Positions 1 through 13,076 of a stretch of 64,000 nucleotides of DNA are shown in pieces. Under the pieces are notes generated by a model, which saw only the letters and a program-made list of their open reading frames with translations, did not search any database and was not told the DNA's origin. The stretch covers positions 248,001 to 312,000 of the forward strand of contig RSEE01000045.1 in the NCBI GenBank assembly GCA_003971905.1, written 5' to 3'. Positions within the stretch are counted from its first letter, which is position 1. Each line of letters begins with the position of its first letter. A program made the position numbers and the translations under genes. This DNA comes from Moniliella sp. 'wahieum' (Eukaryota).

Positions 1-439
1 AACGCTCAACTCGTTACCTCGTTCTCGCTCACCTGCTTCTGGTAGCTCAGACCGCGCCGTCTTCCTGCTGTAGTACGTTGCTACACGGCGGCGGAATATT
101 ATACGTTTGGTGCAGCAGCGTATATTGGGAGCGACGCAAGGATACCAGACCGCAAACGAGACACGCCGCATCAGTCTCTTCGGTGCAGACCTGGCGGATA
201 CAGCGGGAGAGAGAGAGAGAGGAGTATCGAGCAAAACGGGAGCGAGATACAGGTGGTGGTAAGGCAAATGCAAGCGATGCTACAAGAAGAAAAGAAACCC
301 CTTCTGAGTAGGTAAGCTAACTGAAGACTCCAGACCTAGCCAGCCACGTGGCAACAGATTGACCCAAGGATCCTCGATTGGGCCCCAGCATCCACTTACC
401 GCATATCTTCTCTCCATTCATACACTTGAGGAAAACGCA

Positions 440-3400
440 GACGGCGAAGGGTCCTGGGAGATGAGTGAGACTACATACACCTGATGCACACTGCAGGGGA
501 ATGGGCAACAGAACCGGCTTATACCAATGCATCTACAAGGGAGCCAATCACTATGCGATTCAATTTGGTTGTATCGCACGCAGACAGGTCCCGCGCAATG
601 TCGCCAAATCACTGGCATTTACCTAGCAGTGCCGTCGCCCGCACCCGGCGGAGGGCGGTGGCGGGTTGTCGTCCTTCTTGTCTTTCTTCTCGGGCTGGTC
701 CACCCCCATGCGCTCATCCGGATCGTCCCCATCCTCCTCGTCCATCTCCATCGCACGCGCAATGGCCAGTGCATCCTCGGGTGAGATTTCCGAGTCGTCG
801 AGCACTGTCTCTGCCGCGGCAGCATCCGCTGCATTCCCCCCTGGAGCCGCATCGCCGAAGCAGGACGTTGGTCAGGAGGCGCACTGCCCGCGTCAACGCA
901 AGGTCCATCTCGACCAATGGCTCGCTTGGTTTGCGGTCAATCAGCAGCACAATTCCGCCGCCGGAAGTAATCGCACGAGCGCCGAGGATCGCACGCGCTT
1001 CCTCGCCCGGAGCGGGCGTTTTACGCTCCTCCTTTTTGTCGCCGGCATTGGATGCAGGCCTGGGCGTGGCCCGGCCCGAGGCGCTGGGGGTCTCCCCAAT
1101 ATCCAGTAGCCGACGGTTGGCCAGGATCGAGCTGATGTCATAGACATCGTTCTCGTCGCTTGCCAAGCTGCGGATGGGGGCAAAACGGCCGTTCGGAGGG
1201 GAAAAGAAACAACTTGGCCTGAGCTGGAGTGACACGCGAATAGTTGTGCAGCACTTCAAACGAAGATTCGGGCTTGCGCTTCTTGCTGGTCCGCCCCGTC
1301 CTCTTTCTTTCAAACACCATCTTCCCCGCTTGCGCCGTCGGCGGCCGCGTCGTCAACTTCCATTTCGTCTCCGCCTTCCTCAATGCGACGGGCCTTGTCC
1401 TTGGTCCGCTGGCGAGCTTGCGCCTTAGCCGTCGTGGACAGCACAGCCACCTCAACCTTCTGGGCGCGCTTCTGAACAGGGGGTTGGTAGGCGCCGGGTA
1501 GGCGAACAGACTCGGACGCACATTCGAGATGAACTTAAGTCTGGCACGCGCAGTCACGCGTCAAGCCAATCAACGGCGTAGGGGTAAATGCAAGGGAAGC
1601 GAAGTGAGCCAAAGGGAACCAGTACCAGAACTGGGTAAAGAGGGCCATGGATACAATCGCCGGCATGTTGTTGGACCCCGCCGCGGGACTGAAGAGAGAT
1701 GGTCATGTTCCGTCTCCGGCATCCAAAATACCCGAGGGCGAGAACCGCGCCAAACTTGGCCAATTTTCTCGGTTGTCGGACAAGATTTTGGAAATGTTTT
1801 CCTCGCTGTCGCCACAGCCGGGTTGAGCGCTTCATTCTGTTGGATAAGCACCATCGACAAGGCAATGCAGGCCCCCTGCCGGACGAAGTCGGTCGGGTCT
1901 TTGGTCATGGCTCGAGCAACGCCACTGCTTCGGCCAAGCCAGTGCCAGCACATGCAATGCCCAGTGCCAGGGTCGCACCATAACGAACGTGCGGGTTAAA
2001 GCTTTCGGCCAAAAGCTCGACAATGCGAGGGACCTGCGTCGGGTTGCGGAATAGAAGGAAACCAAGTGCCGTCACTGACGCACGGCGGACATCATCACTC
2101 ACATCGCTCACGGACACATGGAGCAAGCGTCGAACGGCTGAGTTGTTGCCTGTGCCCGCGTAGGCAAGCGCAATGGTGTAGATACCACCGTAACGCAAGA
2201 TTGCGTCCTTGTCGTTGAAGCTCAGTAATGACCCTCAGCCGCTTCCTGCTTGCCATAGTAAAACATGGCCGTACCAATAGCCAATCCACGTGTGATCTTT
2301 TGGTGTGACGTCTCCCGAGCGTACTCCAGCATCTCCTCCACTTTGGCCTCATTGGCCGTGCCCAGCATGACCAGACCCATGGCATACCCGCAAGCCTCGC
2401 CAGCGACGCATTGTCAGACAGCAAAACAGTGCGGAGCTCGTCATAAACATCTTCGTTGCCCGTAGCCATCCCAGCGGCACCCAGCCCAGTGCGGCGCCGT
2501 GCTGGACAACCACTTCATTGCTTGTCCGCAGGTTGTCCTTCAGGAGCTCAAGCACTTCGCCGCCATGGTTAGCGTGAATGAGACCCAAGGCATAGAGCGA
2601 ACCTCCTTCTTGGTACACTGAGGCGTTGGAGCCAGTACTGCGGGGCAGGTAGGGTCGAAGAATCTCAATTCCATCCTTAAGGTTACCCCGGTTCAGCACA
2701 CCCAGTGCAGCAGTGGCGGTGAACTTGGACCAGTTCGTCGCCTTGATGAGCCAGTCAAGGTTGTTCCGGAGGAAGTCATCTGAAGCCGTGCCTGCGTTCA
2801 TAAAGGCGTTGGCCAGGGACATGGCAGTGTGATACACGCTGTTGCGTCCATCAATCGAATCCTTGATATTCTTGAGAATCAAGGGATCGGTGTTGTTCTT
2901 CGTCTTTAGGAACGTGAGGTACAACTGGATACTCTCCTCGCCCTTGAGGATGGCGCGGATTCGTCCAAGACAGAAGAGGGAGATGGCTTTGGAACGGTTG
3001 GGGCGGAGGAGCAACCTCAGTGATTGCAACATCGCCATCTGTATCGGTCGAGGCAACTGCAGCGGGAGCGGCCGCGGCTGGCTCGTCCTTGATGTGGGTC
3101 TTGAGTGTGGTGCGGATGGACTCAAGGAACTCCTGGGTGGCCGATTCAGCCAAATCAAACGCGACTTGATAGGCGATTAACAAGGATCGTCACGTGTGTT
3201 CTCCAACTTAGCTGAGGCGGGGTCAAATGCCTTGTTGGTCAAGTTCACCAGCAGCTGAGCCGCCCTCTGTGGCTCGGCAAGGTACACGAAGCACTGCGCG
3301 ACAGAAAAGTAGTCGGGAGAAGAGAGAGACTTGTAGAGCTCGACAAGTGTATTGAGCAGCTCTTTACGGAAGTCGAGGCGTTGAACGACACCCATGGCGG

Positions 3401-4008
3401 CGTCTTGGATGTACGTGAGGAGAGCCACGTCACGCGATGTCTCGAATACGCGTTTGATCACATCGATCCGCTCGGCTTCGATAGCAATGCCGACAGCTTG
3501 CTTGTACTCTTATCTTGAATGCACTGGTCAATCTGTTCAACAATGGCAGAAAGACCCGCGCGGTACGTCTTGTCCTCTGTGGGGACCGAGGGCTTATGCG
3601 ACAGATCAATGTAGGTGTCGATAGCCTTGCTGACGACAGTCGTAGTGTACTCGTCATCGCGGTCCTCAGCTGGCTTGAACAGAGGGCCAGCTCCAAGCGC
3701 GAAGGTGAGAGCATCATCAAACTCGCCGAGGTGAAAGTAGACCTTGGATGCTACAAGCGCAGCGAGCTGACGGTGGGGAACGAGGGATCCTCGTAGAGGG
3801 TCTCACTGAAGCAGGGTCAGCTGGGAACAAGGGCAGAAGGTAAAGAAGGGGGGAGACTGAGACGCACAGCTTCGATACCGAGTCAGCAATTTCGCCCAGA
3901 AGTGGCTGGCAATGCTGTTGTCTTCTCGAGAGCGTAGGACTGCAGTTCGACATCGTCTTCATCCAGAAGCGACAGGACGCCGACGGCAGACGAGACAGGT
4001 GCGGCCAT
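440..4008 (-). CDS. RPN2: 26S proteasome regulatory subunit Rpn2/PSMD1 (frameshifted, with introns; 3' end approximate)
   Basis: Starts [27 protein letters not shown] at 4008. PC-repeat segments [72 protein letters not shown] and C-terminal PSLFAYP are spread over several minus frames. Confidence 0.96.
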
Positions 4009-4608
4009 GGCGGGGAAAGCCACAGGCGACGCGATGGAGGTGTTGGTGGTGGGAACCTAGGTGGAGGGCCAGGTGGGGTGGAGCGGAGGGCAAGGCGATG
4101 CTGTGGGCTCTGGTGTGGTGCTGTAGGGTTGCTCTTTGGACGCGTGTGCCTCGACAGCGGAATGAGCACGGATGGCTTCCGCCCTGGCCAGCAGATACAT
4201 TTCATGTTTCAATGGTATACGCGGCACACGCAGCTGGGCGCACGGACCACCTCTGCTCCAATGTTCAACTTTGTCCCAGCAAAACGGCTGAGGCTGAGCA
4301 GCGGCTGAGCGGCTGAGGCGCTGGTGGATGGCCACCGTTCCTTGTCCACGCTGTGGTTGCCACCTTCAAGTTTAACGTGACCCGCCGGGCCGCCGCCACC
4401 ACCGCCAAAATTAGCAACAGCAACAGAAGGTTGTACTTGCTGCTCAGCCTGCGCGACAGCGTCCATTTCCCCCTGTCCATCGCACGCTTTTCCCACCCAT
4501 CCAGCGTCGGTTTGCATCCTTTTTCACTAGTTCGCCCTCCTCCAACCGATTCGCCCGCGCCTTTTTGCGACCGTCTAGCACTGCGGCGGCCACGTCCCCC
4601 CCAACACC

Positions 4609-5314
4609 ATGACGAGCAAGAGCCAGCAACCCTCAACGTCCGGTCGGTCGTCTCACCTGAGCATGTGTACTACTGCTTGACACACTGGTGGCCTACCTGA
4701 ACAACAAGCCTCAGCCAAAGCCTGCGTTCAAGAACCCCACGATGAAGTCGTACGTGTATCTCCCCCCTTCGTATATAAGGCGAGCGTGCCTCGGAGATGC
4801 TGCCAACTAACCTTGGTCTACCGCCAGGCCATTTTTGTGACCTGGGACACTGTCGTGGGGTCCGAGTCAGCTACGCGGATGTATCGGTACATTTTCCAAC
4901 CCGTCATTGGAAAAGGGATTGGCGTCCTATTCGCTCACGAGCGCTCTGCGTGACACGCGATTCCCCCCCATCACCAAGGCCGAGCTTCCAGAGCTCGAAT
5001 GCACCGTCAGTCTCTTGACTGGATTTGAGGATTGCAAGGATTGGAAAGACTGGCAAGTGGGAGTACACGGGATTTACGTCTACGTCCCTTCCTCGTCTGG
5101 CACCCTTACCGCCACTTTTTTGCCAGATGTGATGCCCGAGCAAGGATGGGATCATCAGCAAGCTGTGGACCATGCGATTCGCAAGGCTGGCTACTATTCC
5201 CGCATCACCCCCCAGTTGCGTGACCAGTGTCGCGTGGAACGCTACCGTTCCGAACGCATTACCCGCTCTTATCAGCAGTATTGCGACTGGAAAGCGTCAA
5301 CCGCATCAGCCTAA
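4609..5314 (+). CDS. AMMECR1-family protein
   Basis: Motifs LRGCIG(T)F, SALRDTRFPPI, ELECTVSLLTGFE, DWQVGVHGI, ATFLPDVMPEQGWD, IRKAGY. Intron ~4750-4827 (GTACGT..CTAAC..CAG). Confidence 0.93.
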
Positions 5315-5579
5315 GCAAAGTTGAACGCTTCCAACGTTGCCCTGCATATCCCCTCTCATTGTATATTGCCTGTATCTCGCTTTCCCAAACATCGTGGATG
5401 GCCATATAAATCCACGTTGAACGTTGAACACACGAGCCCGCCCAGGTGTACATAAGCAGCATATTACTTCTTCTCTGGGTGCTCAGGCATACATCTGCTT
5501 GTTTGGCTAAGGGAGAAAAAGAGGAGAGACGTACTGCATGATGATACCTTTCATCGACTTGGGCATAGGCCTGGAACCA

Positions 5580-6372
5580 TTATATTGATTTTAGATACCG
5601 AGACTGTGGCAGAAGGATCTGATTACACTTCATCCAACTGCTCAGGGGAGGGGGCAAGCGGTAGCAGAAGATGTAAATCGATGTGCAAGGGGGCTGCGGT
5701 GGACCTTTGGGAAATTCGCAAGCGCCATTGAATAGGGAAGTACACGAGGCCAATGCGGCGGCCTGTTTAGTGCTGTCTCCTACGTCGCGCTCAACACGGC
5801 CGCAGGAACGAACCCAAATTCTATACAGGATCGTCCATGATCTCCTTGTAGTCTGTTTCAGGCGGAGAATTGAAGAGGATAAAGCGTGTTCGATGCATGC
5901 AGGGATTCCAGAGTTGCGGAAAAACTCGTACACCTCAGACCGAGTCGCTGTGCGGTAGGATGTCTCCATATGAGCGGGGATCAACAACCGAGATGATCTC
6001 CAGCAACGTTTGGCGCTATAAGCCGTTGACCTTATCAACAAATCATCCCTCTCCACACGTTCTTTCCGAAACGCCCGATCCACGTCAGGCACTGTAAGCT
6101 AGCTATCATTTGGAATCTATCCCCTCTCGACTCCCCGTGGCCAAGTATCTATGGTAGTCCATCACTGAGCGGACACCTGGGCTTACTGGAGTTGTACTTG
6201 TAATGTGCATTATTAGATAAAGAGGCACACAGCGAAGGGGGGCTACCACAGTATACAGGGGTGTCGCGATGGGCGTAGACCGAGCAAAATTGAGTGGGAG
6301 AAGGGACGTCATCGGGCAAGAAAGAGACCAAGATGTTAAAGACAGAGAGAGAGAGAAGTTATTGGAACGCAT
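5580..6372 (-). CDS. Possible small orphan/secreted protein
   Basis: Two collinear minus ORFs (6106-6372, 5580-6092); N-terminus is signal-peptide-like (MRSNNFSLS...LLPLNFARS/TPIATP). No recognisable family. Confidence 0.25.
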
Positions 6373-6463
6373 GATATCAGAGCCATGCAGGATCCAACGC
6401 TGAGCGCAGCGGAGATGCCCCTTCCACTGAGAAGAGAACGATTAGTACTAGAGTACACAACGT

Positions 6464-8102
6464 TCAACTAGGATTGTATGTTGGGGCCATCTTTCCGCAC
6501 GCTGGGTTCGGAAGTTGAGCAATGTACTGAGCCACGGACTGGTTTTTGCCAATGGGCGGGATCACCCCCAAGCAGCTTGTTGAAGGAAAGAGAACTGCAT
6601 TTGGTTCAACGGCGGCTCCGCTTGGACCATGGAGGTGGAATTCATCACTTTGAATGACCAGAAGAAGGAACCTGCTCCCGCAGAGTATGCGGCTGCTTGG
6701 GTAGCATAGTATTGCTTGTTCCACGCCGTGTCCGTCGGACCGGAAACGACACAATATTCCGTCTTGACCATCGGAACGGGGAAGCCATCGTAATCAGAAA
6801 CTTTTTTGCATACCCGCTGATTGATCTCCGTCACGTTGGTCACGGCAGGGTACCAGGCTGGGTATGGATTGTCATTGATCACGAGCATGGACCCATTCTT
6901 CCCTGTTGCAAAGGTTTCCAGTACGTCGCCGGATTGGAGGCAAAGCCGTGATGGAAGAACATGCTGTATCCTGCCTTTTGGAGCGTTTGGTACGACCGTC
7001 ATAAATGCCTCAGTCACGTTCAAGTGAGCTGGCGAAGTATTGGAGACACCGTTGGGCTCATTGACGGGGGAGATGGCACTGACAACGGATTTGTAAGGGT
7101 TGTAGGAAAGCCAATCGATGAGGGAAGCCAATGTCTGGTCTGAACGGTTTTGGTTTTCCTGAGTCCACCACGTGGGATGTTGTGTTGAGTCCTGAGGATT
7201 GGTCCCCCGACTGTTGATGAAGAGATGAAAGTGTTAGGGATACACTATACCCATAGTGCCAGAATATAGGCGGGAAATGACTTACCTGGGAACCAGGCAT
7301 ACCGTGAAGGTCAATGATGGCGTACATACGCCTCTTCCAAGCCAACCAAGCATGCGGGTGAGGTAGTGCAGCTGGGTTGAGTTGCTGTAGGGCTCGCCCC
7401 TGCGAGAGGAATAAACGGCCAAAAACCAATCGGAATCCGGAGCTGGTTAATCCCATGCTGGAACATTGTTTCCACTTCGGCCTCAGAGACCCACTGATCG
7501 TAATGCTCGCTCAGTACCTGGGACGCATTGGAGCCGACCGTCTGGGTAAAGTGCCACTCATCCCAGTCGGAGGGAGCATACTGGTGAACCAGTTTTCGTC
7601 GATCCACCGTTCGAGGATAAGCCATCCCCCAAGTGATACACCCATGACCTTTTGCGTATTGTCTGCCCAATTCCAAAACGGCAGGGCAGTAATATGATTG
7701 GGGTCGTTGCCGCTACTGTCGAGTGGTGCTTTGTCGCCGCCTCCCTTCCATGGGAGTGCTTATTGTTGCTAAGACCAACACCAGACCAACGCCGAGGGCT
7801 ATACCGACGGCAACTAGGACACCGCCAGTATCCCCGCTAGCTTTTTGTGAGCTGCCAGCCAGGACTGAGGCTTTGGACTGGGCCCACCTGGAAGGGGATA
7901 GGGATGCTGGGGCATATGCCATGGAGGTGGGAGTTTCCGATTTGGGCCCGCCCGTGAGTGCGATTTTGCTGGAGTTGGGACCAAAATCAACCGAGTCGGA
8001 GCCCCCCAGCCAACAGCGCTGGGCACATTGCTGGTCCCGGTACCGGGGCGAGGCATGAGGCGTATCGAGTTGGGCGCCGGAGCGGTCGTATGATGTCTCC
8101 AT
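6464..8102 (-). CDS. Glycoside hydrolase family 5 (exo-beta-1,3-glucanase-like), N-terminally membrane anchored
   Basis: Hydrophobic anchor GGVLVAVGIALGVGLV; DEWHFTQTVG, QLRIPIGFW, IIDLHGMPGSQ, acid/base motif PVNEP, probable nucleophile in VKTEY, GSFFWSFK. Intron after GSQ (~7215-7286). Confidence 0.9.
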
Positions 8103-9050
8103 CCTCCAAAGCGTCACTTGGGACGTAAGGTGGGGTGTGGTAGAAAGGAGGGAGAGAGAGGAAGCGGCGATTGGCTTGTATCAGTTGTGTACCATCGCTT
8201 GGCGCGTAACTTCGCTCTTGAAAGTGGCTTTCGCTTTACCCGACGAGCCGGTGGGCCCTATAGTACATACGATCTGCTCTGTTCTACTATGCTCTCGTGG
8301 ATGGCTCGGAGCGAATGGTCCGTCAGAGGCGATGTGCCATTGCACTAGGAGCAATCGCCAGATGCCCCAATGCAACTGGGCCAGCTACTACTTGCTACTG
8401 CAAATCCTAAGAGTGCCCGGGGCATTGCCCCCGCTGATGCACCGCCGGTATGCACCGTCAGCAGAAGGCAACAGTGCAGAAGCGCCACACATTGCTGTCA
8501 GAACTCGCTTGCTGTTGAGGCCAGGCGATGGTGCCTGTCGGCATGCCAACAAGACAGCCGTGTCCCAGCCAGGCGTCAGCATGACTCACAGATCCGTTTG
8601 TGGAGCGAGGGAAGGCGAGAGAGGACCTGAGGCCGAGGGCTGCTCTTGTTGCGGGGCGACTGGGCGGGTATGTATCTGATGGGCGTCAGCAGCGGCCAGT
8701 CGCGAGCAAGAGCGTCCCGCTGTCCCTCCCGCCTTGGGGTCTGCCAAGCTGGAGCGGAGGCAGAGAGACTGGGGTGCTGCCCCCATGCTACGATTTTCCT
8801 GTCGATTGCATCACGCATACATCATGCATCACGCTTGCAGCAAATGCTATTTGGCCGTGCTTGCGAACCACGGCCGGATTCTGTCGCGCTCGACCCCCGT
8901 TGGCTCAAGTCGCTCACTGTTGCTCCGCTCGCGAACCCTTTAGCTGCTACCACACACTCACGCGCCATATACGGCTCGGACGACATCAGCAAAACACTGG
9001 CGCATGCGGCAACAGCGCAAGGAAAAGGCTATCAAGGTCATCGGTTGCAT

Positions 9051-10666
9051 TTAGTTCTCCCGCACCACCAGCCCCGCACGGTGCACGGCAAGCTCCTTGC
9101 CAATCAGGTGCGATGTGCGCTCTACCAGACCCAGCAAACTGCCCAGGTCCGACGTCCAGTCGTTGAGAATGTCCACCTGCTGCTTGGGAGGCTCAAAGGA
9201 CACCACTCCGTTTGGCCGGTCGATCCGAGCAAACAGCATCTTGCTCGCCACCAGGTCTGCCAACGCCTCTTCCGCCTTGGCTTGCTCCAAGTCCAGCAGC
9301 TGACCCACCGAGAGAGCGTAATGCGCGTGTAGTACTTGCTAACCACGCGGATGTTGTGCTCGACCACGCGCTTGTGCAGGATTTCCCACCGCGCCGTCCC
9401 ATCGGCTCCAGGGCCAAACACCGGCGAGACTCGGAGGATAGGGCTGTACAGCTCCTCGATCCCCGGCCAGCGCATGAGCTCGGGGGTGGTAAAGCACTTG
9501 AGCAGGTTTCTGCGTCCAAAAATTGTCAGTCAACGTTCCTCTCTAATGGTCGACAAGGCAAGGGTGACATACCGGTGCTCAGGACCTTGTCCAAGTCATC
9601 CCCCGCTTCCACACGAGCCATCAGATCACTTTGCTCATTGTCATACTGCGACAGGACGAGATAGACAACGATGTTGCGCAGAGCTTCGGGGCGGAAGTAG
9701 GGTCGTCCTTGACTGACGGGGTGTTGTAGATTTCGCGGTAGTACTTGCACACATCCAGATACTTCTTTCGTGCACGGCATAGAGCACCATTTGCTGGTAG
9801 TAGTCCAGCTTCAGATCCTGCTGGTCCTTGTCGTCAAAGAAACGAATGTTGATCTTCCGCGAAACAATGTTCATACGCGTAAAGTCGCTGCGCTCGTAGT
9901 TCAGCCGCATCTGCTCCAGAATAAACTCCACCTTCTCCCGGCGTTCCATGGAGCCAAACGTCTCGACCGCCACCTCCTGCAACGTGTCAGCGGCCTGGTG
10001 ATCTCTCCTTTGGCCCGCAGAATGTCGACGAGCATCTTGGTCACCCGTGCCCGCTCCACCTCGACGAAGATTTTCCCTTCGGTGATCGTTCGCAGCGTTT
10101 CGACCAATTTGAGACGATTGTCCGCATCCAGGTGCGCATCCCCAATCTGTTTACCTTCGTTCATCAGTTCAGTGATCTTGGGGTGCTCTTGGCCTTGCCG
10201 ATCAATCTCTCTTCCCGAGTCACAGGCAATCCTGTCTTCTTTGGCTTCGTCTCCTCATCTGCGTCCGCTTTGTCAGCGGGAGACTCCTCCTTGGGCCTCG
10301 ACCATCTTGACATCCTCCACCTGCTGCTCCGACGCTGGCTTGAGAAACGCCATGGCGAGTTGGACCATGCGGGCGATCGCAGATTTGAGTTGGCCATGCT
10401 TCTTGCTCAAGGAAACCGCCGTTTCACACAGCAGCGCCCAATCCGTGTTGCTCGGCGAGGGCGTCTCCCGGATCAAGAGGAGCGAAGAAGAAGCAAGCGG
10501 GTCGTGCTGGTCAAGTCCGCCGCATTGCGCGCCTGCTTCTCCAAGGCGCCAATCTGCTCCAGCGCGCTGTTCAGACGACCAGCCTTGGCCTCAGAGCGCA
10601 CGTTAGGGAGAGCATCGACCTCCTTGGAGAAGTCGGCTTCTTGTTGCGCTGGACAGCATCAGACAT
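9051..10666 (-). CDS. RPN5: 26S proteasome lid subunit Rpn5/PSMD12
   Basis: LEKQAR, SKKHGQLK, ITEGKIFVEVERARVT, VETFGSMERREKVEFILEQMRL, PCI domain RVVEHNIRVVSKYYTRITL, FARIDRPNGVVSF. Confidence 0.97.
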
Positions 10667-11244
10667 GGCAAGGGATGGGGCGGTTGGTAGTCAAGCAGGT
10701 CCGCAGGCCTCCTCCGTCCAATGGTCTACTGGGCAAGTCAACGCGTAACCCCTCGGGCGGAAATTGCCTTTTCCGCCATCCTTGCTAGTGAAAGTTTAAC
10801 ATCTTCGACCATCGTTGATCATTTGCATCATCAACTCTCCGCAACTCAATCGCACCTGGTTTCAAAAATTTGAACCCAACAGGTGCCCAGGAACTATATC
10901 GGTGCGTAACTGGACAGGACGGCTGGGGGAGGCGTAGCCAAAAGAGGAATGGGCAGCATTGCTCCGTTTCTCATGGTCCCACCTCCTGGACCCAGCAAAG
11001 GGTGAAGCTGCGTGAACTGCAAGTGGTTCAATTCAAATATCCAGCTCAAACTGGTACGCTTTCGACTTCTCACCATGTGGCAGGTGTCCTGAAGGCAAGG
11101 ATTTGTCAGGTGTATAGAGACGATCGACAACATGAAAAGCAACATACCTGGAGATACCTGGCCTGAGAGGGTATTGGGGGGGTCGCTTCCGTCACCAATG
11201 CGCGAGAGGTGTGGTGGTGAGCCAAAGAAGAAGGTAAGTGGGTG

Positions 11245-12546
11245 TCAGGTTTCAATCAGGCGCATGGGGGAGGGTATGCCCATAGCACGTACCGTTCGCC
11301 TGCTGCGGTAGACGAAGGAACCAAACGTATCTGGGTGAGCGGGAAGGGGTGCTTCCTGAAACCAAGGATGGCGTAGAGCCTCTTCAGCAGTCAAACGTTG
11401 AGCAGGATCGTAGGTAAGCAATCCTTTGAGTAAACTCAGACCTTTGTCTGATAAGAGGGTAGATCGGAACTTTGTTCGTAACTGGTTACCCATAGTTGCA
11501 GGTTGTGGGCAATCCGGCTCGCATGGGCCAACCGTGTAAAACCAGGCCAGGTAGATGGGGTTGGGGGTCCAAGCAACCGAAATATTCGACTGGTTTGGTC
11601 CGTTGCGTTGGATCCCGCAAACAATGGTTCCCGCAGCAACAGTTCGCCCAATACGCATCCTACGCTCCAAAGGTCAAGAGACGTATCATATTCTCGTGCA
11701 CCAAGTAGGAGCTCTGGAGCTCGGTACCAAAGCGAAACGACATTGAGCGTCATCCCATTTGGTGGTGGTGGGTCAGAAAATTGCCGTGCAAGGCCAAAGT
11801 CAGCCAATTTAATCTGCCCTTGGTTGGACAGGAGAATGTTGGAGGTTTTGATATCGCGATGAATAAGCCAGTTGTAATGCACAGCGGCAAGGGCAGACAA
11901 GAGCTGCTGCATCATTGTCTTGATTTCCGATAGGAAGGGCGTCCGCATCCGGCGCAACAGGGTGTATAGATCATGCTCGACGAATTCCATGACGAGGTAA
12001 ATTTGGGACAGCCGCTCCCCTACAACCACCTCACGGATCTGGACAATGTTGGGATGGAGGGACTCGGTCAAGGCATGAATCTCGCGTAGGCTCAATGGGG
12101 AAGCCATTCCCATCATTCTCGTCCAACTTGATCTTCTTCAGCGCCACTATCTCCCGTGTCTTGCGGTTCCGCGCACGGAAGACAACACCATAGGAACCCT
12201 CTTGAATCTTGTTAAGCTGCTGGTACCGGTTCACGCTCAGGCATCCGGCAATAATCGGATGGGCCGTTCGGGCGGGCAACCCTGCCGAGGACGGCGCGCT
12301 TGGAGCAGGACCGGAACAAGAGGGCAACCGATGACCCTGATTCGATGGCTCGATAGTGGGGCGAATGAGCTGGGAGGATCGGGCACCAGGCAAAGGTGAG
12401 ACGGCGCGCCGCTTTCGGTGTGGTCGCGGGGACGCGGGACGGGAGTGGGGAAGAGAGGCATCCCAATGGGACGATGATAACGCTTCCGGGGCCTGAGAAG
12501 AAATGGAGGCGGCAGAGGATCCATCAGCATCGGCTCCAGCGTCCAT
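11245..12546 (-). CDS. CDK10/CDK11 (PITSLRE-type) cyclin-dependent kinase
   Basis: LNKIQEGSYGVVFRA, IVALKKIK, GFPI.SLREI, MEFVEHDL, HRDIKTSNILL, LADFGLAR, VVSLWYRAPELLLGAREY. Confidence 0.92.
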
Positions 12547-13076
12547 CCTGCGACGGAGCGGTAAGGTGATTGAGCGATGTGCAATGGTAGGATGGGCAGT
12601 GGTGGTACTGAGGTCTTTCAGGATGAGATGGTGTGGCTGGCAAGCGAAATGGCGGGAAAGACTCGGCGGGAGTGGAGTTGGATCTTTTGCATGTTTCAAA
12701 AGGGGATGCGGCCAGCTGCCCCAGCCTGAGATCAACGTTCAACTTGAACGTTCAACGTTCGACTGGGATCTGAGAGCGAGCAGATATCAGCATCAGCATC
12801 TACTACTCCGCATAACTTTGCTGCAGTCGTTTTCCCCGTTACGTAACATGTAGCGTCAGCATGCCACCCGGCACGTTCCAGCCAGCCGCAGCCAGGCAGA
12901 TGCACTTCCTTGGTATCCCCAACCAGCCTCGCGGCACCACGCCGCACTCCAGTGCGTCTGCGTGAACCGTTACGCTTTAAGGCTCTCCCATTCGGTTCCT
13001 CTTGTTTCGCCGCCATTGCCGTCGCCCTTTCCGTCGCCACCTCGCCCTCCACATAGCAGATGGCGCCGCGGTAGCT

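Noticed and set aside
5538..5622. Box C (ATGATGA) ... box D (CTGA) spacing suggesting a C/D snoRNA
   Set aside because: No terminal stem and no convincing rRNA-complementary guide by eye; needs snoscan/Rfam.
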